A stretch of 64,000 bases of DNA, taken from assembly GCF_009914755.1 (NCBI RefSeq), contig NC_060936.1. The stretch is one strand, 5' to 3'. The position numbers and the translations under genes are program-made. Below the pieces are notes generated by a model, which saw only the letters and a program-made list of their open reading frames with translations, ran no database searches and was not told the DNA's origin. Positions 17,600-35,372 of this stretch are shown piece by piece; within the stretch, counting starts at the first letter, position 1, and each line of letters begins with the position of its first letter. Origin of the DNA: the human T2T-CHM13v2.0 reference genome, Homo sapiens.

Positions 17600-19199
17600 A
17601 CTCTGGTTATCTTGACCATGTAAATTTTTAATGAGGTATTAAGAAGTGTGTAACAGTTGAGGTAACAACTTGCATAGGTATTATGAACAATTTTAAACAT
17701 AGCCATTTAATATTCCAGATGTATTTTCGGCACAAATGATTTGTCTATTCAGTGATAAAAGTCTCACTGCACCTCACTATCAGCTAACCCAGATGACTTG
17801 TTTTGTGAAATTTAAGAAAAATTTATTGGTAGAGACCTCTTTCAAGTTTGTACTTAACAGATGATCACTAGTGGTGAACAGCATTCTACAGGATACTATC
17901 TTTCACTAAGACTTCAACCTGCAAATAAACCCACTTATAAAAAAGGGATACATGATCTTCCTGTGGTTAACAGAGCTTAGATACATAGCTGGTCTACAGA
18001 GATTAGTTGATTCTACCCTCTCCAAATAAGATAAAGTTAGCAGCAACAGGACTTTAAAGAAACCCAGTGAGATTATCAGAAGAAGAAAAAGAGTGACTCA
18101 CACTGTATTTTTTTTTTTGCAAGTTTAGATAGATAGCTTTTAGTTTTTTTTTTTTTTTTTAATGCTCAGGGCCAGTGTTTTAAGAGGCTCCTACCTAGTA
18201 GTCACATAATCCTAGCAAGAGTAAATCAAGCTTTAGTTATTTAGAATGAGATGCTAGACATAATAATAGTCCAGTTGCCAATTTTGAACACTTATCTTTT
18301 CTGCCCTATAATTTTTTCTCTTCAAGACTCTATTCCTTTGAACTAAAAAAAATACATAAAGTTTTAAGAGATCTAATGTCATCAGACATTATAAAATGAA
18401 CTCATACCCAAGGTAAACTATTTGAATAACATCATACACTGGTTTACTAAATTCAGACTTTTTATGACTGCTTAATTATTAGACTTCTGGACAAACCTGT
18501 TTGCTGCCAGACAAAAATCATAAATCCCAGCCATCATTTTTTCATGTCCATAGTTCCAGAGTTCACTTAAATATACTATTTGTAAAGCTGCCATTTTCAT
18601 TTATAGTTTGACTATGCCAAAGAGCAATTACTAAAGCAATTTTGGGGTTACATTAACCAAAATAATGTCAATTACAAGGCCTGTTAACACACAAAGCCTC
18701 AGAAATACCAGTGAGTGTGACTGAAGAATATTTAGGTGATACCTTGACATGTCACTTCAATAACTCCAAGGGGCAAGGTAACTTCAATATACAAATGAAA
18801 GACTATTAGTGACCAAAGTAGAGTCTAATTTTCCATCTATTAAGAATTTGTATAGAAAATACCTGAAAAAGATACATGTATATAAAATGATGCCACTTGA
18901 ACTTTGTTGGTAGAAGATTGCACAAGTTCATCATCCGAGCCAATTAAGACATAAAAATATAAAAGAGGTAACATCAGTCTGAGGTAAACACCAAAAGTTT
19001 AAAACTCCAAATATGAAAAAAGTAGTTACCTTCAGTTGATATATACATTTATACTTTGTAAAAAAAAAAATTGTTAGATATAAAATGTATAAATGTAGTA
19101 TACACTGATTCACAAGAAAAAATGAAGTTTAAAATGGTACATCAGTCTTTTAAAAAGTATATATATAAATCACAGGAAGAAAACCCCATTGTCTTTGGA
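17600..19199 (-). other. USP44: USP44 3' UTR
   Basis: AU-rich stretch without Alus after the TGA. Minus-strand AATAAA at 17822-17827 and ATTAAA at 17627-17632; Pumilio-type TGTATATA at 19040-19047. End inferred. Confidence 0.6.
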
Positions 19200-19399
19200 T
19201 CAGCTAAGGATTTCATTAGACGAGGTATCAGCGTCTTCATTGGGATGTTGGCTCCCCAACAGGAGCTCTGGAGGCAAAAGTTTAGAATGTCCATTCTCAG
19301 TAACTCGTTGGGTATAAAACAAGATATAAGCTTGAGCCTTGCATACTTCATCCATAGTGCACATGCTTAGTTTGGAATCATTGCAGTGTACCCAGAACC
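19200..19399 (-). CDS. USP44: USP44 terminal coding exon ([14 protein letters not shown]...AYILFYTQR...NEILS*)
   Basis: ctctAG acceptor, TGA at 19202-19200. The five coding exons sum to 1428+196+109+206+200 = 2139 nt = 712 aa plus stop. Confidence 0.96.
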
Positions 19400-19674
19400 C
19401 TAGAGTGAAGCACAGAAATACATTTATGAAGGGACTTTAGAAAATTCTAGTATGAAAGGCATTGAGTGAGAAGCTTTTTCTGAAGGGAAAATAATTTTCT
19501 AGCCAATTCATTTTTCTTTAATGAGAAATATAGATTGGGCAGTGTTACCCTGGAATTATCTACCTTTATTCTAAAAGTAGCTTAAGTTTTTCACAGCATG
19601 TGACTGATTAGAGTACCTGACACTATTTATTCTTTGTGTAAATCTACCAGTTAATGCTTTTGCCACTAATCATA

Positions 19675-20477
19675 CAGGATGATCATCCCTAATTCCAAAA
19701 TCTGGCCAGGCATGGTGGCTCATGCCTGTAATCCTAGCACTTTGGAAGGCCGAGGCAGGCAGATCACCTGAGGCCAGGAGTTAGAGACCAGCCTGGCCAA
19801 CATGGTGAAACCTGTCTCTACTAAAAATACAAAAATTCGCCAGGCGTGGTGGTGCACACCTGAATTCCCAGCTACTCAGGAGGCTGAAGCAAGAGAATGG
19901 CTTGAACCTGGGAGGCAGAGGTTGCAGTGAGCAAGGATGGCGCAGCTTGCCCTCAAGCCTGGGTGATAGAGGGACTGTCTTAAAAAAAAAAAATTCCAAA
20001 CCAAAACTTTTTGTGCCAACATGATGTCATAAGTAACCCTGAACACATTTTTTTCCACTGTATTAATATTTTTTACTGTGAAACTTATGGGCACATAAGC
20101 ATAATGCACTTATGTACATTACATGCACATAAGTATGCTAATGACTGCTTATATTAGCATATAAAAATCAGCCAGGAATTATGGTGATGCCAAACCACCA
20201 GACTGTCCATATGAGTGGCTGAGATAGTGACACCTTTGTTTGCTGATTGCTCAATGTACAAACTTTGTTATATGCACTCTGTTAATGAAACTGTTTCATT
20301 ATTTAAAGTGTTGTATAAAATATTTAGGCTATGTGTACAAGGTGTATATGAAGCAAATGAATTTCATGTCTAAACCTGGGTCCCATCCTTACAATACCTC
20401 ATAATGTCTATGCAAAAAAATCCAAAATTCAAAACACTTATGGTCCCGAGCATTTCAGACAAGGTATACTCAATCTG
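19675..20477. mobile_element. Tigger4/Zombi (MER46-family) TcMar DNA transposon, internally deleted, interrupted by an Alu (19705-19993, +)
   Basis: TA-flanked degenerate TIRs: ta|caggatgatcatccctaattccaaaat ... ggtcccgagcatttcagacaaggtatactcaatctg|ta. Confidence 0.75.
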
Positions 20478-20479
20478 TA

Positions 20480-20779
20480 TTTTTTTTTTTTTTTTTTTTT
20501 TTTTTGAGACGGAGTCTCGCTCTGTCACCCAGGCTGGAGTACAGTGGCGCAGTCTCGGCTCACTGCAAGCTCCGCCTCCCGGGTTCACGCCATTCTCCTG
20601 CCTCAGCCTCTCCGAGTAGCTGGGACTACAGGCACCCGCCACCACGCCCGGCTAATTTTTTTTTTTTATTTTTAGTAGAGACGGGGTTTCACCGTGGTCT
20701 CGATCTCCTGACCTCGTGATCCACCCGCCTCGGCCTCCCAAAGTGCTGGGATTACAAGCGTGAGCCACCGCGCCCGGCC
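20480..20779 (-). mobile_element. AluY with TSD CTCAATCTGTAT
   Basis: AluY diagnostics (gcaagctccgcc, ttcacgccattc); flanking duplication. Confidence 0.92.
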
Positions 20780-20805
20780 CTCAATCTGTATTAAAAGGCA
20801 AATTG

Positions 20806-21606
<801 letters not shown>

Positions 21607-22037
21607 CTAGAAGGCAGAAAATAAGTGAGTTTTGTGTGTTAAACTTGAACGCAGTGTTTGTTCCAAATATCTATGATCCCCCAGTTCATTAGGTACCCTA
21701 TTTCTTTAACGAAATTAACTGAAGTAAACCAGTAAACATACGATCTGCTTTTTGAAGTGTGTCTTTAAGAAAAGTTAACACTCTGACTTTTAGTTAGCAA
21801 CAAGACTATCCTCATTATTATATCCCTCCAGCCCTTAGTCAAAAGTACTGCAAAACCTACAGAAAATATTTCATGCATTAACTCTCATTTTTTAGTACCT
21901 GCAGAGGCATTCTCCCTAAGAAAATAAGTGGTCGAGTAGCTTTGTTTATGATTTAGTAGTCAATTTAGAAATCGGTTAAAGCCTGAACTCCAGCCTCCAA
22001 GTCCAACCCAAGATAAAATACTCTTTCTTATCTATAC

Positions 22038-22243
22038 CTCCTTCAGAATTATAGCAGTAGGCAGTGTAGTGCCCTGAGCCAAATCCTTTCCCATGGTGCA
22101 TCACCACCGCGGACAAGTCATAGATAAAGCATTCTGGTCTGAGGGATTTCAGGGTCTCCCTGCAGCAATAGGGCTCCATGTTTAAGATTTCCTCAAAGCC
22201 AACATGAACACCAATCTTCTCTCGGTTATTACGTCCTGACCAC
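22038..22243 (-). CDS. USP44: USP44 exon 5 ([10 protein letters not shown]...[29 protein letters not shown]), His-box with catalytic His636
   Basis: ttcacAG acceptor, GTATAG donor, 206 nt; His-box motif GHYTAY. Confidence 0.96.
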
Positions 22244-22537
22244 CTGTGAACAAACCAGTGTAAAATTATCCACACAATTAAGGGAAAATAACCACGTACT
22301 AGGTCTAGACACTTGTAACAGATGACCCCAGGCAGCATGGAATACAAAGTATCATATGTAATATAAAATGATGTCAATGCTGAAGCTGGCTATAAATGGA
22401 GACATTTTGGCTTATTTTGCCTTCTTGTAGTTAGATGATAATGTAGGAAAAAAAAATTTAACTTTTGGGAAAGTATTGCCTTATGGGGGCATTTACCCCC
22501 TAACAGGTAAAAGTCAAGGCCACGAAAGGGTTGGGGA

Positions 22538-22828
22538 TTTTTTTGTTTTTTGTTGTTTTTGAGACGGAGTCTTGCTCTGTTACCTAGGCTGGAGTGCAGT
22601 GGTGCCATCTTGGCTTACTGCAGCCTCTGCCTCTCAGGTTCAAGCCATTTTCCTGCTGGGACTGCAGCTGTGTGCCATCATGCCTGGCTAATTTTTGTAT
22701 TTTTAGTAGTAGAGACAGGACTTTATCATGTTGGCCAGGCTGGTCTTGAACTCCTGACTGCAAGTGATCCTCCTGCCTTGGCCTTCCAAAGCGCTGGGAT
22801 TACAGGTGTGAGCCACTGTGCCCAGCCC
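22538..22828 (-). mobile_element. Alu
   Basis: Antisense Alu. Confidence 0.88.
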
Positions 22829-23441
22829 CACCGAAGGGTTTTTAATTCCTTACTGTCTTGCCAGGATATGAAGAGGGTTATCCCAGATGGGAGCTACAAT
22901 CTGGATCTTTCTTGGCCAGGTATGGAGGAAAACAAAACAGGGCACCTCTATTTCCTCAGAACACTTCAGAGATTTTCAGACTAAAACAACAGGAACTGTG
23001 TCCCCTCGCTGTGTGTAAGTCAGCACAGCCGCCCATTGGTGACAGAACTGAAAGAATGCCCTTACCCTGTTATTTTCTCAGTCTGCTGGTCATACTTCCC
23101 ATTACTGGATCTCAGCATGGCAAGCAATGTGTTTATCAATATGCATAATGAGTTGGTGCTACGAGGGGAAAATAATGTAACATGGTAGTTCAAGAGATTA
23201 TAATCCAGTTTGGGGTAGTATGGTAGAGAGACAAGGCAGACATAGATAAAAATATAGTAGTAAAGTACTAAAACATGAGGTTCAGACCAATAGCAGGTAG
23301 AGAAGGGAGAGACAAGAACATAGTTTTATGATGGAAAAAAAAAAGTGAAAATGCTTAGTCCAGTGTAAAATGGCACGGAACTAAAGATGAACCATTCAAA
23401 TTATGTTATCTGCTGGACCATAAGTCATATTCCAATCTCTC

Positions 23442-24601
<1,160 letters not shown>

Positions 24602-24607
24602 TCTCTC

Positions 24608-25560
<953 letters not shown>

Positions 25561-25719
25561 TGTAAGTCATTTACTAGCCAAGTATATGATATTAAAAGTT
25601 AATTCATTTGTCAGAAAGGTGATTAAAGTAAGGGGAAAAAATTATAACATGCATTCTTTAAGTTTTGAAGCATTATAAGCACAAGGAATGATAACTTTGC
25701 AACTGGTCCTACTACAGAC

Positions 25720-25828
25720 CTGAATCGTTTGAGGTGCAGTCTGAGAACCTGAGGTAGGTGGCATATCATAAGTTGTTTCTGGGCTTCTGTGAGTACAACT
25801 GGTTTGGAGGAAAACCTTCTACGCTTTG
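25720..25828 (-). CDS. USP44: USP44 exon 4 ([37 protein letters not shown])
   Basis: ttacAG acceptor, GTCTGT donor, 109 nt; USP LHLKRF motif. Confidence 0.95.
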
Positions 25829-26081
25829 CTGTAACATCAAAGAAAGAATAAAAATCAAATTTCATTTAAAGATTCAGGGAAAAGCTGAGTGAACCTTCTT
25901 TTTAATTAAGTCAGAAATGAAAAGTATGTACTGTGTTCCAGGCATTGTACTGTGCTAGAGATAGACATGGGCTTTGCCCTCAAGAAACTCATGATCCACA
26001 ATTAACCAAAAAACTTAGGAGCTAGTCAAGTTAGACAGATCTGTAATCAAGTACATGATTTAATAATAATCTTGCATATAA

Positions 26082-26410
<329 letters not shown>

Positions 26411-27330
26411 TAATAATATTTTTAAATGGAACTGGCTATACCAATTAATAGGAAAAGTTACAACATTCCCTAAACATTTTAATATACATTTCCCAAACTC
26501 TTAATTTAAAAGTTTGTGGTCAAAAGATTTAAAAAAGAAAAAAGAAAAAAAAAGTGAGTGGTCAGTTCATTTACCAAGGCTAGTCAGAAACCCAGAGGAA
26601 GGTCCTGATTGCCCAGAACATCCCTCCACTTTTCCTGGGGACCACCTCAGCCCTGGCCAACGGCCTAGGAAAGCAGGACTTTACCAGTTCTGAGGCCTCC
26701 CTCACTCAAGCGTTTTGCTTTTGCTCTTTTAGCACTAGATCTTAGACAGCTGGAACTCAGGATTCTTCTTGTTGTCCCTTCTGCTTCCCTAGAGGTCCAC
26801 CTATGGACTGTCCTGGAGCTGGGCCATCAGCTACAGTTTGCTCCTGATGTCCAGGAGCTATCCTTCAACTTGTACACCAGCTCCGACTCCAGCCATGGCA
26901 GCAGCTGCTTCTCATGTGGGAAGCAGGCTCAGTCCACCATGAAGCTGAGCTCTAAGCCACCTTCGCTGGCCTTTCTTCCAGGTGTCTAACCCTGCGATCC
27001 AGGTATCTGGCTGCTGCTGAATGTCCTGGACCTACCTCTGGATTGTCTCCTAGCACATCGGTCCAAGGGTAGCCAGATAGGGGATATCAACTCCTCGGCA
27101 TATAATTGTAAACATTTGCACTGCTGTGTTAAAGCAGCTCTTTTAGGCCTGTATTTGGTAGCTTTAGTAAACACATAGAAATTTGCTATAAAACCATATT
27201 CTGCATTCATAACATCACCCCCAAATTTGGTGATGAAAGCATTTGGCACTCACCACATTTATGTCCAAGAAAAAATAATACTTCATCATAACAACTTTGA
27301 CAAAGATTTATTTTTTAAAAAAACCTTATA

Positions 27331-27652
<322 letters not shown>

Positions 27653-27944
27653 TTATGCGTTCACATTAGACAGCACTTATACAAAAGTGTTAAAGTCATT
27701 CCAGGAAACCATCAATTGATATAACATTTCTTCAATGTGGGAATATCCTATTTTTTGTTTACCTTAAAAGTTTAGTTATTTAAAGCCTTAGAATCTATTT
27801 GCGAGATAGGGAAATTAGGGAGAATACCTGAAAAAATATATATAGCATAGTATAAACTATAGCATAGTTTACTATACACTACACTATACTACACTATATG
27901 TTTATATAGTATAAATACTAAGATGCTATGTAAGTATATCTTAT

Positions 27945-29195
<1,251 letters not shown>

Positions 29196-29847
29196 TAACT
29201 GAAGTGGCTGTTTCACCCCCAGTGTCAGGTTCCTGTGCTCTCCTCCATTAGAGCACTTATCACAGTGGATCCTGTCTATCTGCTTCCTCCATTAGGAATG
29301 TAAGCACCTTGACAGTATCTCACCTCTATCTATAGACACTGGGAATAACTAACACAGAAGAGACAGTGCATGGTTTTGAATAAATCTTTGTTTTGATGAA
29401 GCCAATCTCCACAGCAGCAGTCCTGCATATATTATTTCCTATTTTATGTATATAGACATACACACACGCATTTATCTACATATCACTTTGATATGTAGCC
29501 AAAAAAGCTCATAAAGCAAGTGTTTCATTCATGCTACATGACATGCTTTCCTTTCATTATTCCTCTTTGCTACTTTATTTTGCTCCACATATCATATTTA
29601 AACTTGTTATGAATCTTCTCTCTCCAAAATTGTCTACAAGATCAGAAACAATTTAAATTCCATCAATATGGCCAAACAAATGCATAGTTCATAAATGCCA
29701 ATTATAAAGTGAAAACGTCTGTTTCTTTTGATGAACTGAAAAAAAGTTCATTTTCATAACTGCTAAAGATTTCTTTCAGCTTCCTCTCATCTGCGTTTCT
29801 CTTTATCATTCCTAGGAAAGCACCAAGAACACAACGTCTTTACTCAC

Positions 29848-30043
29848 AGTTACACTGGTCACATACGTAGATTTTTCCTTCTAAAGCTTCAGTTTCTGTA
29901 AATTTGGCCAACATTTCAGTAACCAGACATGGCTGGGAAGCAATATCTTTTCCACTGCATTGATACCTTTCTGGAAACTCCAATGACAAGTCCCAGAAAG
30001 GTTCTATGGTATTTGATTTGTTGTCACATGCAAGACATGTAAC
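29848..30043 (-). CDS. USP44: USP44 exon 3 (VTCLACDNK...YVCDQCN/S), USP finger Zn-binding CxxC pairs
   Basis: tttgcAG acceptor, GTGAGT donor, 196 nt, in phase. Confidence 0.96.
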
Positions 30044-30339
30044 CTGCAAATGAGAATATGAGTTCCTAAGATTATAATCTTTCCATCAAAACATTAACTC
30101 TTTTCACTAGAGGTCACTGCCACTAAATAAACTTTTCTCATGAAAATGCACCATTAGGATTCTGAATAATCTGCTTTATATTCTTGTCAGGAAATCTTTC
30201 ATTATGATTTTTCCTTCCAAAAGATTGTTATCAGAGCCATCATGAATTGGTTGCTTTAACTACTGGGCATTCAAAAAGCTCTAAGGGCATTAAATTTAGG
30301 TAAAAATCCAAACTGTGGACACACTGAATAGAAACACAC

Positions 30340-30400
30340 TATGTATACATATATACATATATACATATATCTATGTATACATAGATATATACATATGATG
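30340..30400. repeat. TA/TACA-rich low-complexity tract
   Basis: atgtatacatatatacatat... Confidence 0.8.
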
Positions 30401-30469
30401 TACATTCACATGCATTAAGTTTAATGTATTTATGTCATTAGGCTTGAGGTTCCTCACTGTTTCTTTCAT

Positions 30470-30891
<422 letters not shown>

Positions 30892-31380
30892 TGATAATTT
30901 CAAAAGACAAGATATATGACATAAATAATGATGTCATACTCCTACTTAAAGCAAACATAACATTAAAATCCCCATCCAAACACAGAAAACACGAAAAACA
31001 TGGAGCTGTTTTAACAACTTACATAGGCAATGTAGCAACCGGAAAGGAAATGAATAGTAACTTCAGTGAAACATTCAGCAGGATTTAATGCCAACAAACA
31101 CTGCACATAATTGAAGACAGACTCCATGAACTAACAATTCACATATGATATGAAATATTATAAAGAACCTCTTTCATACAAGCTATAGTCCTGGCACAGG
31201 CAACAAAATAAAGAAGCCAGTTGTAATACAGATTTTAGATTTCACAAATTGACACAAAGAACTCTCCTGGCGTTTATAGTCTAAGGACTCAGTAGTGCCA
31301 GGGCCAGACATTTTGAGAATTTTCTTGAATTAAACAAAAAAAACAAAAACAAAAGCAAAAACACACAAAAAGCCATCCCA

Positions 31381-31520
31381 GTCTGGGTGTAGTGGCTCAT
31401 GCCTGTAATCCCAGCACTTTGAGAGGCCAAAGCGGGAGGGCTGCTTGAGCCCAGGAGTTTGAGACCAGCCTGGGCAACACAGTGAGACCTTGTCTCTATA
31501 AAAAAAATAAAAAATAGAAA
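31381..31520 (+). mobile_element. Alu monomer (FLAM-like)
   Basis: Left-arm-only Alu with A tail. Confidence 0.75.
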
Positions 31521-31688
31521 GGAAAAGCCATTACAGCAACCAACTGTCTTAAATCTCCTGAGAACCAGTTCCCTAAGAGTGTATTAAAGAAAGAGAAGCA
31601 AAAAGCTGGTACAATAATTTTTATTAATTTGAAAATACATTTATAAAGGAAAAAATAAGCACATAGCAACTTTCATACTACTGGAAAT

Positions 31689-31739
<51 letters not shown>

Positions 31740-31741
31740 TA
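31689..31741. repeat. (GATA)n tetranucleotide microsatellite
   Basis: Pure ATAG repeat. Confidence 0.95.
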
Positions 31742-31928
31742 AAAGAAAAACACTTTCTGGAAAGAACTTTGTCACCAAGTATCAGAAGTCTTACTCTGAC
31801 AAAGTCAACTTCTAAGACTCTGTCATAAGGAAGTCAGAAAAATTAATTGATGACATTATAATAATGAAAAAAATTAAAAACAGTCAACAATAGGGGAATG
31901 GTTAAGTTACGGTATAAACATACGATGT

Positions 31929-32287
<359 letters not shown>

Positions 32288-33142
32288 TTATGAACATTGA
32301 AATGTTTTGAAAAGAATGATGAAATATTTTTAATTATTGGAAAATAATTACAATATTAAATGGGAAAAGCAGATAAATGCAAAATGACCAATTATGGGAA
32401 AAAATATTTATACATGTGCAGGAGAAAAAAAGACTAGAAAATATACCAAAATATAAATAGTTTTACCAATGGATTGTGGGGTTATAGGATTAGAGAATGA
32501 TTTTTCTTTCCTTCTATATAGATTTCCTATATTATATAGGTTTCCTGCAACTATATGTTGCACTCTGTAACAGTGTATTTTAAAACTTTTGCATAAAAAG
32601 GAAATGACAGAGAAAGATGGAGAAGTAAAATTGCAGTACAATTCTTATTTGCTAATTGACACAAAATCTTTGCATTTCTGAAACACTGAAAAATAAACTT
32701 CATAGATATTCCTTAAGAAGAATTACATCTGAAATACTTAAACAACATTTTAGGAAAGTATGCTATAAAAACAAAAGATGGCCTTATTACAATGCAAGTT
32801 GAACTGAAGAACAGAGGCAGGTGTGCAGGGGGAAGGAAATGACCTAAAAGCCTAATAGCCTCAGTTATAAAAAAAATTTTGTTTAAATTTGTGTGTTATG
32901 GGAAAGTAGAGAACCTTATGTCTATTAACAGTTCACCAATAAGTCCACTCAGTATAGAGAACCTTTACTTCGAAGATTCTGGTTTTATAGTCCACCTTAT
33001 CATGACAAAGGAAACTTTTGAGTAGTAATTAAAATAAAGGAAAATCATATAAGATTATTCTAGATGAAATCACATTTGTTTACCTTAAAATTTCCCTACC
33101 TACTTGTTAAAGCTCTCAGACCATGACCCTTTGATTTTATAG

Positions 33143-33538
<396 letters not shown>

Positions 33539-33874
33539 TAGCAGCATCTTTAAATCCGTTCCCTCTGGGATTAAACCCTCCTCTTCTCAATCCCTCAGAT
33601 AATGAATGTAATATTGGTAACCTAGAGAGCTCCGTCTCCTGATTTCTCCCTCCCTCCAAAAGCTTTTGCTACCATAGATGTAAAACTACTTCCAATGATT
33701 CATGAAAGAAGGAATTGAGTGAGCTGATTTCTCTATACATATTTATAAAAACAATCTATTTTGACCTGAAAATGGTACTAGCTCAACACACTAGATGTAC
33801 ATAGAATATGCCTTTTTATAGGCTACACTTTATGAACTCCCAATGATGAAAATAAGATTCTTAAAAATCCATAC

Positions 33875-35302
33875 CTGACTAAGAAGTTGTCCATGAAAAA
33901 TGTTATTTACAACATTCAGAACTTGTTTGATGAGTTTCCTTTGAGAAGTGGGGATAAGAGCTGGTAAACTGGTACCAGTTGTCTCTAATTCACGTTGTAT
34001 TTTATCTAAAAGTTCACAAAGAAATTCCTGAGCGTCTTGTTGGGCGTAACCACGAAAGGCAGGAATGAGTCTCCACACTGAGTGTAGCATAGCAAATGGT
34101 GAGACCAACGCCCACTTTCCAGACCACATGACTTGGAACAAAGTATGCAATTCATGACAAAGAGAAATGTACTGTGAAGTTGGCTCCTTTGGCTGAATAA
34201 GTTCCATCTTTCTACCTTTTGATGCTCCACCACTTAGTCCTGATGACAGACTTGATTGTCTGGAGCAAACAAAACCTGTATCTTTTTCCTGACATTCATT
34301 CATTTGATATACTACTGTATCTGTGACTGGTGGATGCTTACAAGATCTTGTCTTCTCGCTAGCAGTCATAGCCAGCCATTGGTTCAGATCAAGCTTTAAA
34401 AAACATTGTCGAAAAATAAGTAAATGACTCAACACCTGAAGAACAGAATTCATATAGCAAGTATTTCCCAAATTTCTCAATCCTGTTACACCAGGAGTTA
34501 CTATTGGCCTTCGTTTAACTGAGGAGTCACTGACTTTTTGAGATATTTCATTTTCTGAGGTAGAGAGTACTTTATCTTTTGCTGGTGATGCTGGCGTTTG
34601 TGCTGGCACCTGAACAGAAACTATTTCTATTATGGTCGACTGAGCGAGCCCTTGTAAACGTAAACTCTTTCTTGGAGGCATACTTTCCAATTCTGCTTTA
34701 ACTTGATACTCCAATTCCTGCCGTCTTTTCTTTACTTCTCTTTTTACTACTATTTTTTCCTGAAATGGTTCTTCTTGCTTTTTTCTTCCAATGGGTGATT
34801 GTTCAAACCATGTTCGAAAGATTTTACCCATTAGTATCCTTCTCCTGTGCCAAAGAGCAGTATACAGTTGATCTTCACTTTGAAGCAGAGATTGGGCACC
34901 GTCATGTAAGAAATAAGAATCATCACCTGTACCCATGGACCGTAAAAACCTCCCACTACGAGTTGTGCAGTGATAATTTTGACTTTTGATGGCACTTAAT
35001 GTACGTCGTAGTAACTTCAGGTCTCCAGTTGCGTTATCATTCAGAACATAATCATCACAAAGGTAACAAAAAACGTACATCTCATTCACCTCCAATGCAA
35101 CAGGATGACTGCTTTCTTGAAAGTGCTTGAGTGCATGCTCTTCAATATATCTTCCACAGGCAACATGGGAGCAGCTAAGGCAAGCCCAAATGGACTCGGT
35201 CGTGTTGCAGTCCACACAGTGCCATTTCTGAGGGTTGAGGCTGGAATGGTCTTGAGCAAGCTGCAGCTGCCCAACATGTTTGCACGTATCCATTGCTAGC
35301 AT
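33875..35302 (-). CDS. USP44: USP44 exon 2 coding part (aa 1-476): ZnF-UBP domain, centrin-binding region, USP Cys-box ([13 protein letters not shown], catalytic Cys282) and QQDAQEF motif
   Basis: The 490-aa ORF in the track; donor CAG|GTATGG at 33874; 1428 nt = 476 codons; recognisable USP44 sequence. Confidence 0.98.
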
Positions 35303-35372
35303 TTATTTAGTCTAGCTGAGAAATGCATAATCCAAACAAGTCTCTGTTCACAACACTTGAAGCATCTGAAAA
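35303..35372 (-). other. USP44: USP44 exon 2 5' UTR portion
   Basis: Polypyrimidine tract tttttctgtttAG gives an exon start at 35372 (70 nt before the ATG); a second AG 7 nt downstream gives an alternative start at 35365. Confidence 0.75.

Noticed and set aside
19071-19370. 99-aa plus-strand ORF antisense to the last USP44 exon
   Set aside because: Starts at a non-ATG codon, has no splice or promoter support and is the shadow of the real minus-strand exon.
31689-31741. Regular repeats as a possible CRISPR-like array (also the triplicated 15-mer at 43837/44150/44487)
   Set aside because: A simple GATA microsatellite and Alu target-site duplications; there are no spacers or cas genes, and the context is human.
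33830-33874. C-terminal [14 protein letters not shown] of the 490-aa ORF
   Set aside because: Intronic read-through past the exon 2 donor; I saw no convincing nearby poly(A) signal supporting a truncated isoform.
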